A stretch of 64,000 bases of DNA from an uncultured Candidatus Rokubacteria bacterium (lineage in GTDB: Bacteria > Methylomirabilota > Methylomirabilia > Rokubacteriales > DASRDR01). Shown piece after piece: positions 28,001 through 37,258 of this stretch. The notes beneath the pieces are model-generated. The model saw nothing but the letters and a program-made list of their open reading frames with translations, searched no databases and had not been told where the DNA came from. Position numbers and translations under genes: made by a program. How positions within the stretch are numbered: the stretch's first letter is position 1; each line of letters begins with the position of its first letter. The stretch is from positions 1,696,001-1,760,000 of the forward strand of contig CAWGVS010000005.1 in the NCBI GenBank assembly GCA_963826115.1, in the 5' to 3' direction.

Positions 28001-28157
28001 CCGGCCCGCCGCGAATAAGGACGAGGCGATGAGCGACGTCAGCGCCGCGGACCTCTACCGGCACCTCGGCGAAGCGGCGCCGCCGCGCGGTCGCGAGCGG
28101 CGCTCTTTGTCTGAGCGGCGCGCCTGGCGCCCCGCCCCCCCCGGCCGGGCCTGAGAC

Positions 28158-28862
28158 GTGGGCTTCCAGCCCGAGCTCGCCCTGGTCGTCGAGGGGCGTG
28201 AGGGCCGCACGCCGCTGCCCTTCACGGTGCGCCACATCGTCTGCGCCGGATACACGAGCCGGGACCAGGGGGAGGCCGAGCGCCACATCCGGGAGCTCGA
28301 GGACCTCGGCATCGCCCGGCCGAAGGAGGTGCCGATCTTCTTCGCGGTGGCCTCCTACCTCGCGACGACCGAGCAGGTCGTCGAGGTGCAGGGTCCGTTC
28401 ACGTCCGGCGAGGCGGAGCTCGCGCTGGTCCTCGGGCCGGGCGGCCCCTGGGTGACGGTCGCCAGCGACCAGACCGACCGCTTCGTCGAGCGGCACTCGG
28501 TCCCCGCCGCGAAGCAGCTCTGCCCCAAGGTGCTGGCGCCGACGGTCTGGCCCCTCGCCGACGTCGAGGCCCACTGGGACGAGCTCGAGCTCCGGGCGTG
28601 GGTCCGGAGCGGCCGCAAGCGCCGCCTCTACCAGGAGGCGAAGCTCGGAAGCCTCCTCCCGGTGCCGACGTTGCTCGAGGGCCTCCGCCGGCGCGTCGGC
28701 CGCGCGCTCGACGGCGTGGTCCTCCTCTCGGGAACGGTGCCGACCGTGGACGGCCAGGTGGTCTACGGCGACGGGTACGAGCTGGAGCTCGCCGACCCCC
28801 ACCTCGGCCGGGCCATCCGGACCCAGTACGCGGTCCGCGTCCTGGAGCGCGACCCCCGCTGA
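28158..28862 (+). CDS. DUF2848-like protein (FAH-fold related, unknown function)
   Basis: Motifs CAGYTSRD, HIRELEDLGI, TSGEAE, VASDQTDR, AKQLCPK, HWDELELR, LYQEAKL. Confidence 0.8.
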   Translation: MGFQPELALVVEGREGRTPLPFTVRHIVCAGYTSRDQGEAERHIRELEDLGIARPKEVPIFFAVASYLATTEQVVEVQGPFTSGEAELALVLGPGGPWVTVASDQTDRFVERHSVPAAKQLCPKVLAPTVWPLADVEAHWDELELRAWVRSGRKRRLYQEAKLGSLLPVPTLLEGLRRRVGRALDGVVLLSGTVPTVDGQVVYGDGYELELADPHLGRAIRTQYAVRVLERDPR

Positions 28863-28909
28863 CCAACGCTCAGACCGACCGGCGCGGCCTTCAGCGCGAC
28901 GGAGAACCC

Positions 28910-29800
28910 ATGGCGACGAGCATCGAGCACCGGCAGGTTCAGGCGAACGGTATCACCTTCCACGTGGCGGTCTCGGGGCCGCCCGACGGCCCGGCGGTCC
29001 TGTGCCTTCACGGGTTCCCCGAGGGGTGGATGAGTTGGCGCCCCGTCATGCACGCGCTCGGCGAGGCCCGGATGTACGCGCCGGACATGCGCGGCTACGG
29101 CGAGACCGAGCGGCCCCGGAACGGCTACGACGTGTTCACCCTCACCGACGACATCGCCGCGCTCATCCGCGCGCTCGGGCTCGAGCGGCCCGTCCTCGTG
29201 TCCCACGACTGGGGCGCGGCCCTCGGGTGGATCTTCGGGCACCGATACTCGCCTCTCGTCCGTCGGCTCGCGATGGTGAACTGCCCGCACCCGAAGACCC
29301 TGGTGCGCGCCGTGCTCCACTTCGAGGACTTCCAGACGATCCGCATCCCCTGGGTGCCCTTCTTCGAGATCCCGCGGCTCCCCGAGATCCTCCTGACGAG
29401 CGCGCTCGGTCGATGGCTCCTCAAGCTCTCGTTCACCCTGCGGGAGGGCCAGAAGGGCACGATGGACGTGGGGCTGGTGGACGAGCTGGTCGCCCGGTTC
29501 CAGCGGCCCGACGACGCGCACGGGCCGATCCAGTACTACCGCGAGATGGTGTCCACCCAGATCTGGGCGGCGAAGCGCGAGCGACTCGAAGCAGTCTACC
29601 GGAACCCTATCTCGGCGCCGACCACGCTCGTGTGGGCGGCGCGGGACGGCGCGCTCTCCGCGCGCGTGGCCATGAACAGCGAGCTCGACGCCGGCTGCCC
29701 GGTGGATCTCCGTCCGCTCCCGGGCGTCGGCCACTTCGTCAGCCTGGAAGCCCCCGACAAGCTCGCGCGCGAGATCCGGCGACTCCTGGAGGCGCCCTAG
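28910..29800 (+). CDS. Alpha/beta-hydrolase, epoxide hydrolase type
   Basis: HGFPE oxyanion motif, PDMRGYGET, nucleophile SHDWG, lid YYR, catalytic GHF. Confidence 0.85.
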   Translation: MATSIEHRQVQANGITFHVAVSGPPDGPAVLCLHGFPEGWMSWRPVMHALGEARMYAPDMRGYGETERPRNGYDVFTLTDDIAALIRALGLERPVLVSHDWGAALGWIFGHRYSPLVRRLAMVNCPHPKTLVRAVLHFEDFQTIRIPWVPFFEIPRLPEILLTSALGRWLLKLSFTLREGQKGTMDVGLVDELVARFQRPDDAHGPIQYYREMVSTQIWAAKRERLEAVYRNPISAPTTLVWAARDGALSARVAMNSELDAGCPVDLRPLPGVGHFVSLEAPDKLAREIRRLLEAP

Positions 29801-29831
29801 CGCGCCGGCCCGCCGCGCGGCGGGCCTGGCG

Positions 29832-30095
29832 TCACGCCTCCCGGCGCGAGGCGCCGACCAGGCGTCGCCAGCGCAGCGCGAGGATCCACGTGAGGCCCCC
29901 GGCGACCAGCACCTGGCCGACGTCGACCAGGAGGTAGAGCCAGCTCACCGCCAGCTCGCCTGTGATCCAGCTCGCCGTCGTCCCGATCAGGACGCTCCCG
30001 ATCGCGAGGACCCAGCCTCGGAGCCAGCTCGGGACGAGGTAGGCCACGACGAGGCCCAGGACGACCCCGCAGCCGACGGGGAACACTTCTTCCAT
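29832..30095 (-). CDS. Small three-TM membrane protein
   Basis: SD GAGGAGG, hydrophobic helices, and a promoter upstream. Confidence 0.75.
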   Translation of the reverse strand: MEEVFPVGCGVVLGLVVAYLVPSWLRGWVLAIGSVLIGTTASWITGELAVSWLYLLVDVGQVLVAGGLTWILALRWRRLVGASRREA

Positions 30096-30143
30096 GACGC
30101 CCTCCTCGCGACGTGGGCTCGAGTGACCCGAGCCATGTGCGGG

Positions 30144-30173
30144 ACTCTAGACGGCCCGGCACGGAGCTGTCAA
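30144..30173 (-). promoter_or_regulatory. Sigma-70-type promoter for the 30095 gene
   Basis: TTGACA-N18-TAGAGT on the minus strand. Confidence 0.5.
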
Positions 30174-30322
30174 TCGTCCCCGCCCGCGCTGCGGTCGCGG
30201 GTGGCGTGCGCTGGCGATGGCGCAGTCGCCCCCGCTGCCGGCGTCAGCGTCGTAGCCGGCGTCGCGAGCGGCAGCAACTGCGAGCGCCCGCCAGTTCCGA
30301 GGGGCCATGCGGGACGACCCGA

Positions 30323-30351
30323 TTGCGACTCCCGCGCCGTCGACCTATGAT
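30323..30351 (+). promoter_or_regulatory. Sigma-70-type promoter for the VPS10 hydrolase
   Basis: TTGCGA-N17-TATGAT. Confidence 0.55.
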
Positions 30352-30422
30352 CGGCGGCGGTGCGCCGTCTCGAGGCTCGATCGAGAACGGCCGCGCGATC
30401 CCCTCGACGAGAGGTCAGTCCG

Positions 30423-33400
30423 ATGGACGCAGCCTGGTTCCAGGGTCTCCGCTGGCGCTGTATCGGTCCGCCCCGCGGCGGGCGCGTGGTCGCCGTCGCC
30501 GGTCATCCCACCGAGCCCATGGTGTTCTACTTCGGCGCCGTGGCCGGCGGCCTGTGGAAGACGACGGACGGCGGCACCTACTGGGAGAACGTCTCGGACG
30601 GCTACTTCCGGACGTCCGCCGTCGGCGCGCTCGCCGTGGCCGAGTCGGATCCGAACGTCGTCTACGCGGGGATGGGCGAGGCGACCATCCGCATCGACGT
30701 CGTCTACGGGGACGGCGTCTACAAGACGACCGACGGCGGGAAGACGTGGGCCCACATGGGGCTCGCCGACACCCGCCACATCGGGAAGATCCAGGTCCAT
30801 CCGAAGGATCCCGACCTCGTGTACGTCGCGGCGCTGGGCCACGCCTTCGGGCCGAACGCCGAGCGGGGCGTCTTCCGATCGAAGGACGGCGGACACAGCT
30901 GGCAGCGCGTGCTCTTCCGGAGCGATCGCGCCGGGGCGATCGACCTCGCGCTCGACCGGACGAACCCGCGCGTCCTCTACGCCTCCACGTGGGAGGTGTA
31001 CCGGCACTTCTGGACGCTGTCGAGCGGCGGCCCCGACAGCCGGCTCTACAAGTCCGTCGACGGCGGCGACACCTGGACCGACCTGACGGACAATCCGGGA
31101 CTGCCGACCGGCATGAAGGGGAAGATCGGCGTCACGGTGTCGTCCGCGCGTCCCGACCGCGTGTGGGCCATCATCGAGGCCGACAAGGCCGGGCTCTACC
31201 GCTCCGACGACGGCGGCCGCACATGGGAGCTCGTGTCCGACAACCGGGACCTGATCCACCGCCCGTGGTACTACTGCCACGTCTTCGCCGATCCCGTGGA
31301 CCCCGACACCGTCTACGTCACCAACCTCCGGATGTGGAAGTCGACCGACGGCGGCCGGACGTTCACGGAGATCACGACGCCCCACGGAGACAACCACGAC
31401 CTGTGGATCGACCCGCGCGATCCCCGCCGCATGATCGAGGGCAACGACGGGGGCGCCTGCGTCTCGTTCAACGGCGGGCAGAGCTGGTCGACGATCTACA
31501 ACCAGCTGACCGCGCAGTTCTATCACGTGGCGGTCGACGACCAGTACCCGTACCGCGTCTACGGCACCCAGCAGGACAACTCGAGCGTGAGCGTGCCCAG
31601 CGCCTCGGAGAACGGCGGCATCACGTGGGGCGACTGCTACCCCGCGGGGACCGGGGAGAGCGGCTACATCGCGGTCCACCCGCGCGACCCGAATGTCGTC
31701 TACGTGGGCGCGGTGGGGAGCTCGCCCGGCGGCGGGGGCGCTCTCCAGCGGTACGACCACCGGACGCGCCAGATCCGCCTGGTGACCGTCTGGCCCGAGG
31801 TCTACTACGGCTGGGGCGCGAAGGACCTCCGATACCGGTTCGCGTGGACCTTCCCCATCGTGTTCTCGCCGCACGACCCCGGGACGCTCTACGCCACGGG
31901 GAACCTCGTCTTCCGGACCCGCGACGAGGGATCGAGCTGGGAGGCGATCAGCCCCGACCTCACCCGGCAGGACGTGACCAAGCTCGAGGCGTCGGGGGGC
32001 CCGCTCACGAAGGACACGAGCGGCGCCGAGCACTACGGCACCGTGTACGCCTTCGCGGAGTGCCCGCGGGAGCGCGGCGTCCTGTGGGCGGGAAGCGACG
32101 ACGGGCTGATCCACGTCTCCCGCGACGACGGGCAGACGTGGCAGAACGTGACGCCGCCGGACCTCCCGGAGTGGTCGCTCATCGCGACGATCGAGCCCTC
32201 GGCCCACGCGCCGGGCACGGTCTACGTCGCGGCCACCCGCTACAAGATCGACGACTACCACCCGTATCTCTACAAGACGGAGGATTACGGCCGGACCTGG
32301 CAGGCGCTCGCCGCGGGGTTCCCGGCCGGCGAGATCAGCCGGGTGATCCGCGAGGACCCCGTGCGGCCGGGGCTCCTCTACGTCGGGACGGAGACCGGGA
32401 TCGTGGTCTCGCGCGACGACGGGCGCACGTGGCACCGCGGCGCCTGGAACCTCCCGGTCACCCCCGTCTACGACCTCGCGGTCAAGGGCAGCGACCTGGT
32501 GGCCGGAACTCACGGGCGATCGTTCTGGGTGCTGGACGACGTCACGCCCCTGCGGGAGCGTCCGGAGGACACCGCCGGCGGCGCGCCGCACCTCTTCCCG
32601 CCGCGCGCGACGGTGCGGCCCTGGCAGAACTGGAGCGTCGACCTCTTCCGGGGCCCCGGCAAGGCCCACAAGAACTACATGATGGCGCTCGGCACCGGTC
32701 TCACCTTCTACGAGGACCGGACGCCGGAAGGCGAGCGCGTCCGCACGTTCCTCGACGCCGGCGAGAACCCGCCCGTCGGCGCAATCGTCTACTACGACCT
32801 GGGCGCGGCGGCGCCCGACGGCGTCGCCCTGAGCTTCCTGGACGACAAGGGCGCGGTGATCCGCACGTTCACGACGAAGCCGGCAACGCCACCGGCTCCC
32901 GACCCGGCGAAGGTGCCGGGACCGAGTCCTACGCCGACGCCGCCCGCGGACGAGCGCTACCTCACGGCACGGCCGGGTCTCAACCGCTTCGTGTGGGACC
33001 TCCGCTATCCCAGCGCGGAGAAGGTGCCGGGCGACGTCTCCACCGAGAAGGCGATCACCGGGCCCCTCGCGCCGCCCGGCCGCTACCAGGTCCGCCTGTC
33101 CGTGGGCGACCGCTCGTGGACCCAGTCGCTCGAGGTGCGGAAGGACCCGCGCGTCGCGGCCAGCCAGGCCGACCTCGACGCGCAGTTCGCGCTCTGGTGC
33201 CAGATCCGGGACACGCTCTCGGCCACCCACGCGGGGATCAACCGCCTCCGGCGGATCCGCCGTCAGGTGAGCGAGTGGTCTCAGCGCCTCCGCGAGCCCT
33301 CCACGGCGCAGGCAGGAAACGGGACACAGCCCATCGGCCAGGCCGCGGAGCGGCTCCTGAAGAAGCTCACCGAAATCGAGACCGAGCTGGTCCAGACCTC

Positions 33401-33644
33401 GGCCCGGAACTCGATGGACGCCCTCCGGTTGCCCGCGCGGCTCAACCTCCGCCTGGCTTCGCTGATGAGCGTGCTCTCGAGCGCGGACGCCGCCCCGCCC
33501 CGCCAGGCGCGCCTCGTGTACGAGCACCTCGCGACGCTGGCCCGTCGGGAGCTCGCCCGGCTCGATTCGCTGGTCGAGACCGACGTCGCGCAGTTCAACG
33601 CGCTGGTGCGCGACGCCAGCCTGCCGGCGATCGGCACGCGATGA
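30423..33644 (+). CDS. VPS10/BNR-repeat (Asp-box) beta-propeller glycosyl-hydrolase-like protein
   Basis: WRCIGPPRGGR and many Asp boxes (KTTDGGTYW, SKDGGHSW, SDDGGRTW), GTHGRSFWVLDD, C-terminal helical domain. Confidence 0.88.
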   Translation: MDAAWFQGLRWRCIGPPRGGRVVAVAGHPTEPMVFYFGAVAGGLWKTTDGGTYWENVSDGYFRTSAVGALAVAESDPNVVYAGMGEATIRIDVVYGDGVYKTTDGGKTWAHMGLADTRHIGKIQVHPKDPDLVYVAALGHAFGPNAERGVFRSKDGGHSWQRVLFRSDRAGAIDLALDRTNPRVLYASTWEVYRHFWTLSSGGPDSRLYKSVDGGDTWTDLTDNPGLPTGMKGKIGVTVSSARPDRVWAIIEADKAGLYRSDDGGRTWELVSDNRDLIHRPWYYCHVFADPVDPDTVYVTNLRMWKSTDGGRTFTEITTPHGDNHDLWIDPRDPRRMIEGNDGGACVSFNGGQSWSTIYNQLTAQFYHVAVDDQYPYRVYGTQQDNSSVSVPSASENGGITWGDCYPAGTGESGYIAVHPRDPNVVYVGAVGSSPGGGGALQRYDHRTRQIRLVTVWPEVYYGWGAKDLRYRFAWTFPIVFSPHDPGTLYATGNLVFRTRDEGSSWEAISPDLTRQDVTKLEASGGPLTKDTSGAEHYGTVYAFAECPRERGVLWAGSDDGLIHVSRDDGQTWQNVTPPDLPEWSLIATIEPSAHAPGTVYVAATRYKIDDYHPYLYKTEDYGRTWQALAAGFPAGEISRVIREDPVRPGLLYVGTETGIVVSRDDGRTWHRGAWNLPVTPVYDLAVKGSDLVAGTHGRSFWVLDDVTPLRERPEDTAGGAPHLFPPRATVRPWQNWSVDLFRGPGKAHKNYMMALGTGLTFYEDRTPEGERVRTFLDAGENPPVGAIVYYDLGAAAPDGVALSFLDDKGAVIRTFTTKPATPPAPDPAKVPGPSPTPTPPADERYLTARPGLNRFVWDLRYPSAEKVPGDVSTEKAITGPLAPPGRYQVRLSVGDRSWTQSLEVRKDPRVAASQADLDAQFALWCQIRDTLSATHAGINRLRRIRRQVSEWSQRLREPSTAQAGNGTQPIGQAAERLLKKLTEIETELVQTSARNSMDALRLPARLNLRLASLMSVLSSADAAPPRQARLVYEHLATLARRELARLDSLVETDVAQFNALVRDASLPAIGTR

Positions 33645-33816
33645 TCATGCGGGACCCGGGAGCGCCACGGGAACTCCCGCCCGTTGCCTGGTACGGCGAT
33701 GTGTGCCAGCATTTCGCAAGTGCGCACGTCCGGCCGAGTCACAGCCTGGTCCGAGTTCTCGACGCCGCATGCAGCCCGAACAGATCAACGTCCCCTCGAA
33801 CAGAAGGGAGCAAGTC

Positions 33817-35367
33817 ATGAGTGAGTCCCGCGCCATCTTCTCGGCTCACGTTCGACCACTGCCTCGACTCGGGATGCTGGTGCTCGTCATGGCCTTCATC
33901 GCGATCGGGGTCAGCCCCTCCTACGCCGCCGACCCCGTCACGATCACCATGGCCCGCAATGCCGACATGCTCACCTTCGACCCGGCTTCCACCGAGGATG
34001 ACCCGTCGATCTTCGTGGAGCTGCAGCTCTTCGATCGGCTCGTCAAGCTGAACGCCTCGAACAACGGCGTCGAGCCGGAGCTGGCTACGTCGTGGACCGT
34101 TGCGCCCGATGGTCTCAGCGCGACGTTCACGCTGCGGCAGGGGATCAAGTTCTCGGACGGGTCACCGCTGACCCCCGAGGACGTCGTGTTCTCGCTCACG
34201 CGCGCGATCGACCCGAAGGGGTCGTGGGGCTTCCTCTTCTCGCCGGTCAAGTCGGTCACCAAGGTCGACGACAAGACAATCCGGCTGAACATGTCGGAGC
34301 CCTTTGCTCCGCTGCTGCCCGCGCTCTCGACGTTTGCCGCGAGCATCTACTCGAAGGCGAATTTCGAGAAGTGGGGCAAGGACGCGGCCCAGCATCCGCT
34401 GGGAACTGGCGCATTCGTTCTGGAGACCTGGCAGAAGGGCGCCCAGATGTCGCTGGTCAAGAACGCCAACTACTGGCAGCCCGGCAAGCCGAAGGTCGAC
34501 CGGATCCTGTTCCGCGTCGTGGGTGACGACAACACGCGCGTCCTGCAGCTCCAGTCCGGGCAGGTGGACATCATCGACTTCGTGCCACCGAACCACGTCC
34601 AGCAGATGATGGGCGCCGGCCAGAAGATCCAGAAGGTCGACGGAACCGCCACCCTCCGCTACACGCTCAACGAGACCATCAAGCCGCTGGACGAGGCCAG
34701 CGTGCGTTGCGCGATGGCCCACGCGATCGACCGGGCGGCGGTCGCGAAGAATCTCTACTTCGGGCTGGCAACCGTGGCCCGGTCCCTCCTGCCGAGCAGC
34801 ACGCTCTACTACGACGGGAACGCCGATCCCCAGACGTACGATCTGGCGAAGGCGAAGGCGCTCCTCGCGAAGAGCTCCGTGCCCAACGGGTTCACGGTGA
34901 GCGTGAACGTCCCGGCCGGGAACCAACACCGGCTCGACACGGCGCAGATCTGGGCGGCTGGCCTCAAGCAGATCGGGATCACGCTGAAGATCGAGCAGCT
35001 CGAGCAGACGACGCTGATCCAGATGCGCAACGCCGAGAAGTACTCGATCTACAACGCGGCTTGGACTAACGACACCCCGGATCCCGACGAGCTCCTCGGC
35101 GTCGCGCTGGACTTCTCGTCCCAGCACGCCGCCCACACCTTCTACAACAACCCGAAGGCCAAGGAGCTCCTCCTCCAGCAGCGCCGCGAGCTGGACCCGA
35201 AGAAGCGCCAGGCGCTGGTGACGGAGCTCCAGCGCATCGTCAACCAGGACTGCCCGCAGATCTACGTGGTACACGAACCGCGGCTCTATGCGACCACCCC
35301 GGCGGTGGTCGGGTTCGCCCCGAACTCGCAGGGGAAGTACAGCTTCGAGAACGTGACCAAGAAGTGA
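33817..35367 (+). CDS. Family 5 (peptide/nickel) ABC substrate-binding protein
   Basis: SD AAGGGAG. Motifs PELATSW, FTLRQGIKFSDG, GTGAFVL, LQSGQVD. Confidence 0.92.
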   Translation: MSESRAIFSAHVRPLPRLGMLVLVMAFIAIGVSPSYAADPVTITMARNADMLTFDPASTEDDPSIFVELQLFDRLVKLNASNNGVEPELATSWTVAPDGLSATFTLRQGIKFSDGSPLTPEDVVFSLTRAIDPKGSWGFLFSPVKSVTKVDDKTIRLNMSEPFAPLLPALSTFAASIYSKANFEKWGKDAAQHPLGTGAFVLETWQKGAQMSLVKNANYWQPGKPKVDRILFRVVGDDNTRVLQLQSGQVDIIDFVPPNHVQQMMGAGQKIQKVDGTATLRYTLNETIKPLDEASVRCAMAHAIDRAAVAKNLYFGLATVARSLLPSSTLYYDGNADPQTYDLAKAKALLAKSSVPNGFTVSVNVPAGNQHRLDTAQIWAAGLKQIGITLKIEQLEQTTLIQMRNAEKYSIYNAAWTNDTPDPDELLGVALDFSSQHAAHTFYNNPKAKELLLQQRRELDPKKRQALVTELQRIVNQDCPQIYVVHEPRLYATTPAVVGFAPNSQGKYSFENVTKK

Positions 35368-35384
35368 GCGCGCGACACGCGTCG

Positions 35385-35423
35385 CCCGCGGTCACCGTAA
35401 CTCGGTTGGACGGTGACCGCGGG
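35385..35423. terminator. Hairpin between SBP and permease (mRNA stabiliser or attenuator)
   Basis: Perfect 14-bp inverted repeat CCCGCGGTCACCGT / ACGGTGACCGCGGG. Confidence 0.6.
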
Positions 35424-35462
35424 TGATCGTGCGCTGACCGGCGCCCAGAGCTCGACGTCAAG

Positions 35463-36401
35463 ATGATTCGCTACGCCGCGGGACGGGTACTCGCGATGGT
35501 ACCCGTCCTGTTCGGCGTCAGCATCGTCATCTTCCTGTTGATCCGCCTCATCCCGGGCAATCCGGCGATCTCGATCCTGGGCGAACGGGCGACGCCCGAG
35601 CTCGTCGAGCGTGTGAAGAACCAGCTCGGACTCGACCTCCCCATCTGGCGTCAGTACTTCCACTTCCTGGGGAACGCATCGCGCCTCGACTTCGGGCCGT
35701 CGTACTTCTACAAGCAGGAGGTTTCGACCCTCACGCTCGAGCGGATCCCGATCACGCTCGCCCTCATCGCCTACGCCATGGTCATCGGGCTCATCATCTC
35801 CGTGCCGTTCGCGACGTGGGCGGCAATCCGGCGGGAGGGTCCGGCCGATCACGTCATCCGGCTCGTGTTCACCAGCCTCATCGGCATCCCCACGTTCTGG
35901 ATGGGCATCATCCTGGCCCTGCTGCTGAGCGTGAGATGGAAGCTGCTGCCGCTCGGCGGCGTGGGCGTGAGCCGACTCGATACCTTGTGGCACCTGACCC
36001 TGCCAGCTCTGACCATCGGGCTCCACATCTCGCCGACCCTCCTGCGCGCCCTCCGGTCGAGCCTCATCGAGGTGATGAACTCCGACTACGTGACGACGGG
36101 CGTGGCCATGGGGCTCCGGCCCGTCACGCGGCTCTTCAGCTATCTCCTGCGGAACGGCCTGACGCCATTTGTCTCGACGCTCGGCGTCAACATCGGCTGG
36201 CTGATCGGGGGCACGATCATCATCGAGCAGGTCTTCGGCGTGCCGGGGGTCGGGTCGCTCCTGATCACGTCGATCCTGACGCGCGACTACTCCATCATCC
36301 AGTTCGTGGCGCTCGTCCTCGCCTTCCTCGTGATCCTGGTCAACCTCCTGACCGACCTCGCCTACGCCCTCCTGGACCCACGGGTGTCCTTCCGGGCATG
36401 A
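35463..36401 (+). CDS. ABC permease, DppB/OppB-type
   Basis: Motifs PGNPA..LG, LGLDLPIWRQY, EAA-like DYVTTGVAMG, LLDPRV. Confidence 0.92.
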   Translation: MIRYAAGRVLAMVPVLFGVSIVIFLLIRLIPGNPAISILGERATPELVERVKNQLGLDLPIWRQYFHFLGNASRLDFGPSYFYKQEVSTLTLERIPITLALIAYAMVIGLIISVPFATWAAIRREGPADHVIRLVFTSLIGIPTFWMGIILALLLSVRWKLLPLGGVGVSRLDTLWHLTLPALTIGLHISPTLLRALRSSLIEVMNSDYVTTGVAMGLRPVTRLFSYLLRNGLTPFVSTLGVNIGWLIGGTIIIEQVFGVPGVGSLLITSILTRDYSIIQFVALVLAFLVILVNLLTDLAYALLDPRVSFRA

Positions 36402-37258
36402 GCGTGTCAACGCTCGCCGTGTCTCGACCCCGGCGGATGAGCTGGATCGCCACGGCAGGATGGTCCCTCCGGGTCGGGCTGGTCGGCTTCGCCTTGATCG
36501 CCGTCCTCGCCCTCCTGGCCCCGTGGATCGCGCCGTACGATCCCACCGCGCTCGGACTGGCGGAGGGGCTCCAGCCTCCGAGCGCGACACACTGGTTCGG
36601 TACGGACCAGCTCGGGCGGGACATCCTGACCCGCGTGCTCCACGCTGCGCGGACCGATCTCCAGATCGGCACGATCGGGGTGACGATCCCCCTGATCATC
36701 GGCGCCGTGCTCGGGCTCTTCGCCGGGTACTACGCGGGCTGGCCGGACGCCATCCTGGGGCGGATCGTCGACGTGGTGACCGCGTTCCCCTTTCTCGTGC
36801 TCGTTCTGGCCATCGTCGCGATGCTGGGTCCCGGTCTCACGAACTTCTACATCGCGATCACGCTGGTCAGCTGGGTGGCCTATGCGCGGATCGTGCGCGG
36901 CGAGGCGCTCAGCGCCCGGGGGCGTGGCTACATCCTCGCCGCCCGGACTCTCGGGTACGGCGACCTGCGCATCATGTTCCGCCACCTGCTCCCGAACGTG
37001 ATGGTGCCGGCTTTCGTCTTCGGAATGAGCGACTTCGTCCTCGACATCCTGGCCGGCGCCTCGCTGGGCTTCTTCGGCCTCGGCGTCCAGCCGCCGACCC
37101 CCGAGTGGGGTGTGATGATCGCCGAGGGCCGCAACTTCATCCTGACGGCGCCGTGGGTGGTCATCTTCCCGGGCCTCGCCATCATCGTGACCAGCTTCTT
37201 CGTGAGCCTGATCGGCGACAGCGCGTCGGACATCGTGCGCCGGGTCCATGGCTCGTAA
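36398..37258 (+). CDS. ABC permease, DppC/OppC-type
   Basis: Motifs HWFGTDQLGRD, YILAARTLG, HLLPN, PPTPEWG. Confidence 0.92.
   Translation: MSVSTLAVSRPRRMSWIATAGWSLRVGLVGFALIAVLALLAPWIAPYDPTALGLAEGLQPPSATHWFGTDQLGRDILTRVLHAARTDLQIGTIGVTIPLIIGAVLGLFAGYYAGWPDAILGRIVDVVTAFPFLVLVLAIVAMLGPGLTNFYIAITLVSWVAYARIVRGEALSARGRGYILAARTLGYGDLRIMFRHLLPNVMVPAFVFGMSDFVLDILAGASLGFFGLGVQPPTPEWGVMIAEGRNFILTAPWVVIFPGLAIIVTSFFVSLIGDSASDIVRRVHGS

Noticed and set aside
33688-33720. Possible sigma-54 promoter before the peptide ABC operon
   Set aside because: The TGGTAC/TGGCAC-like hexamers lack a correctly spaced TTGC element.
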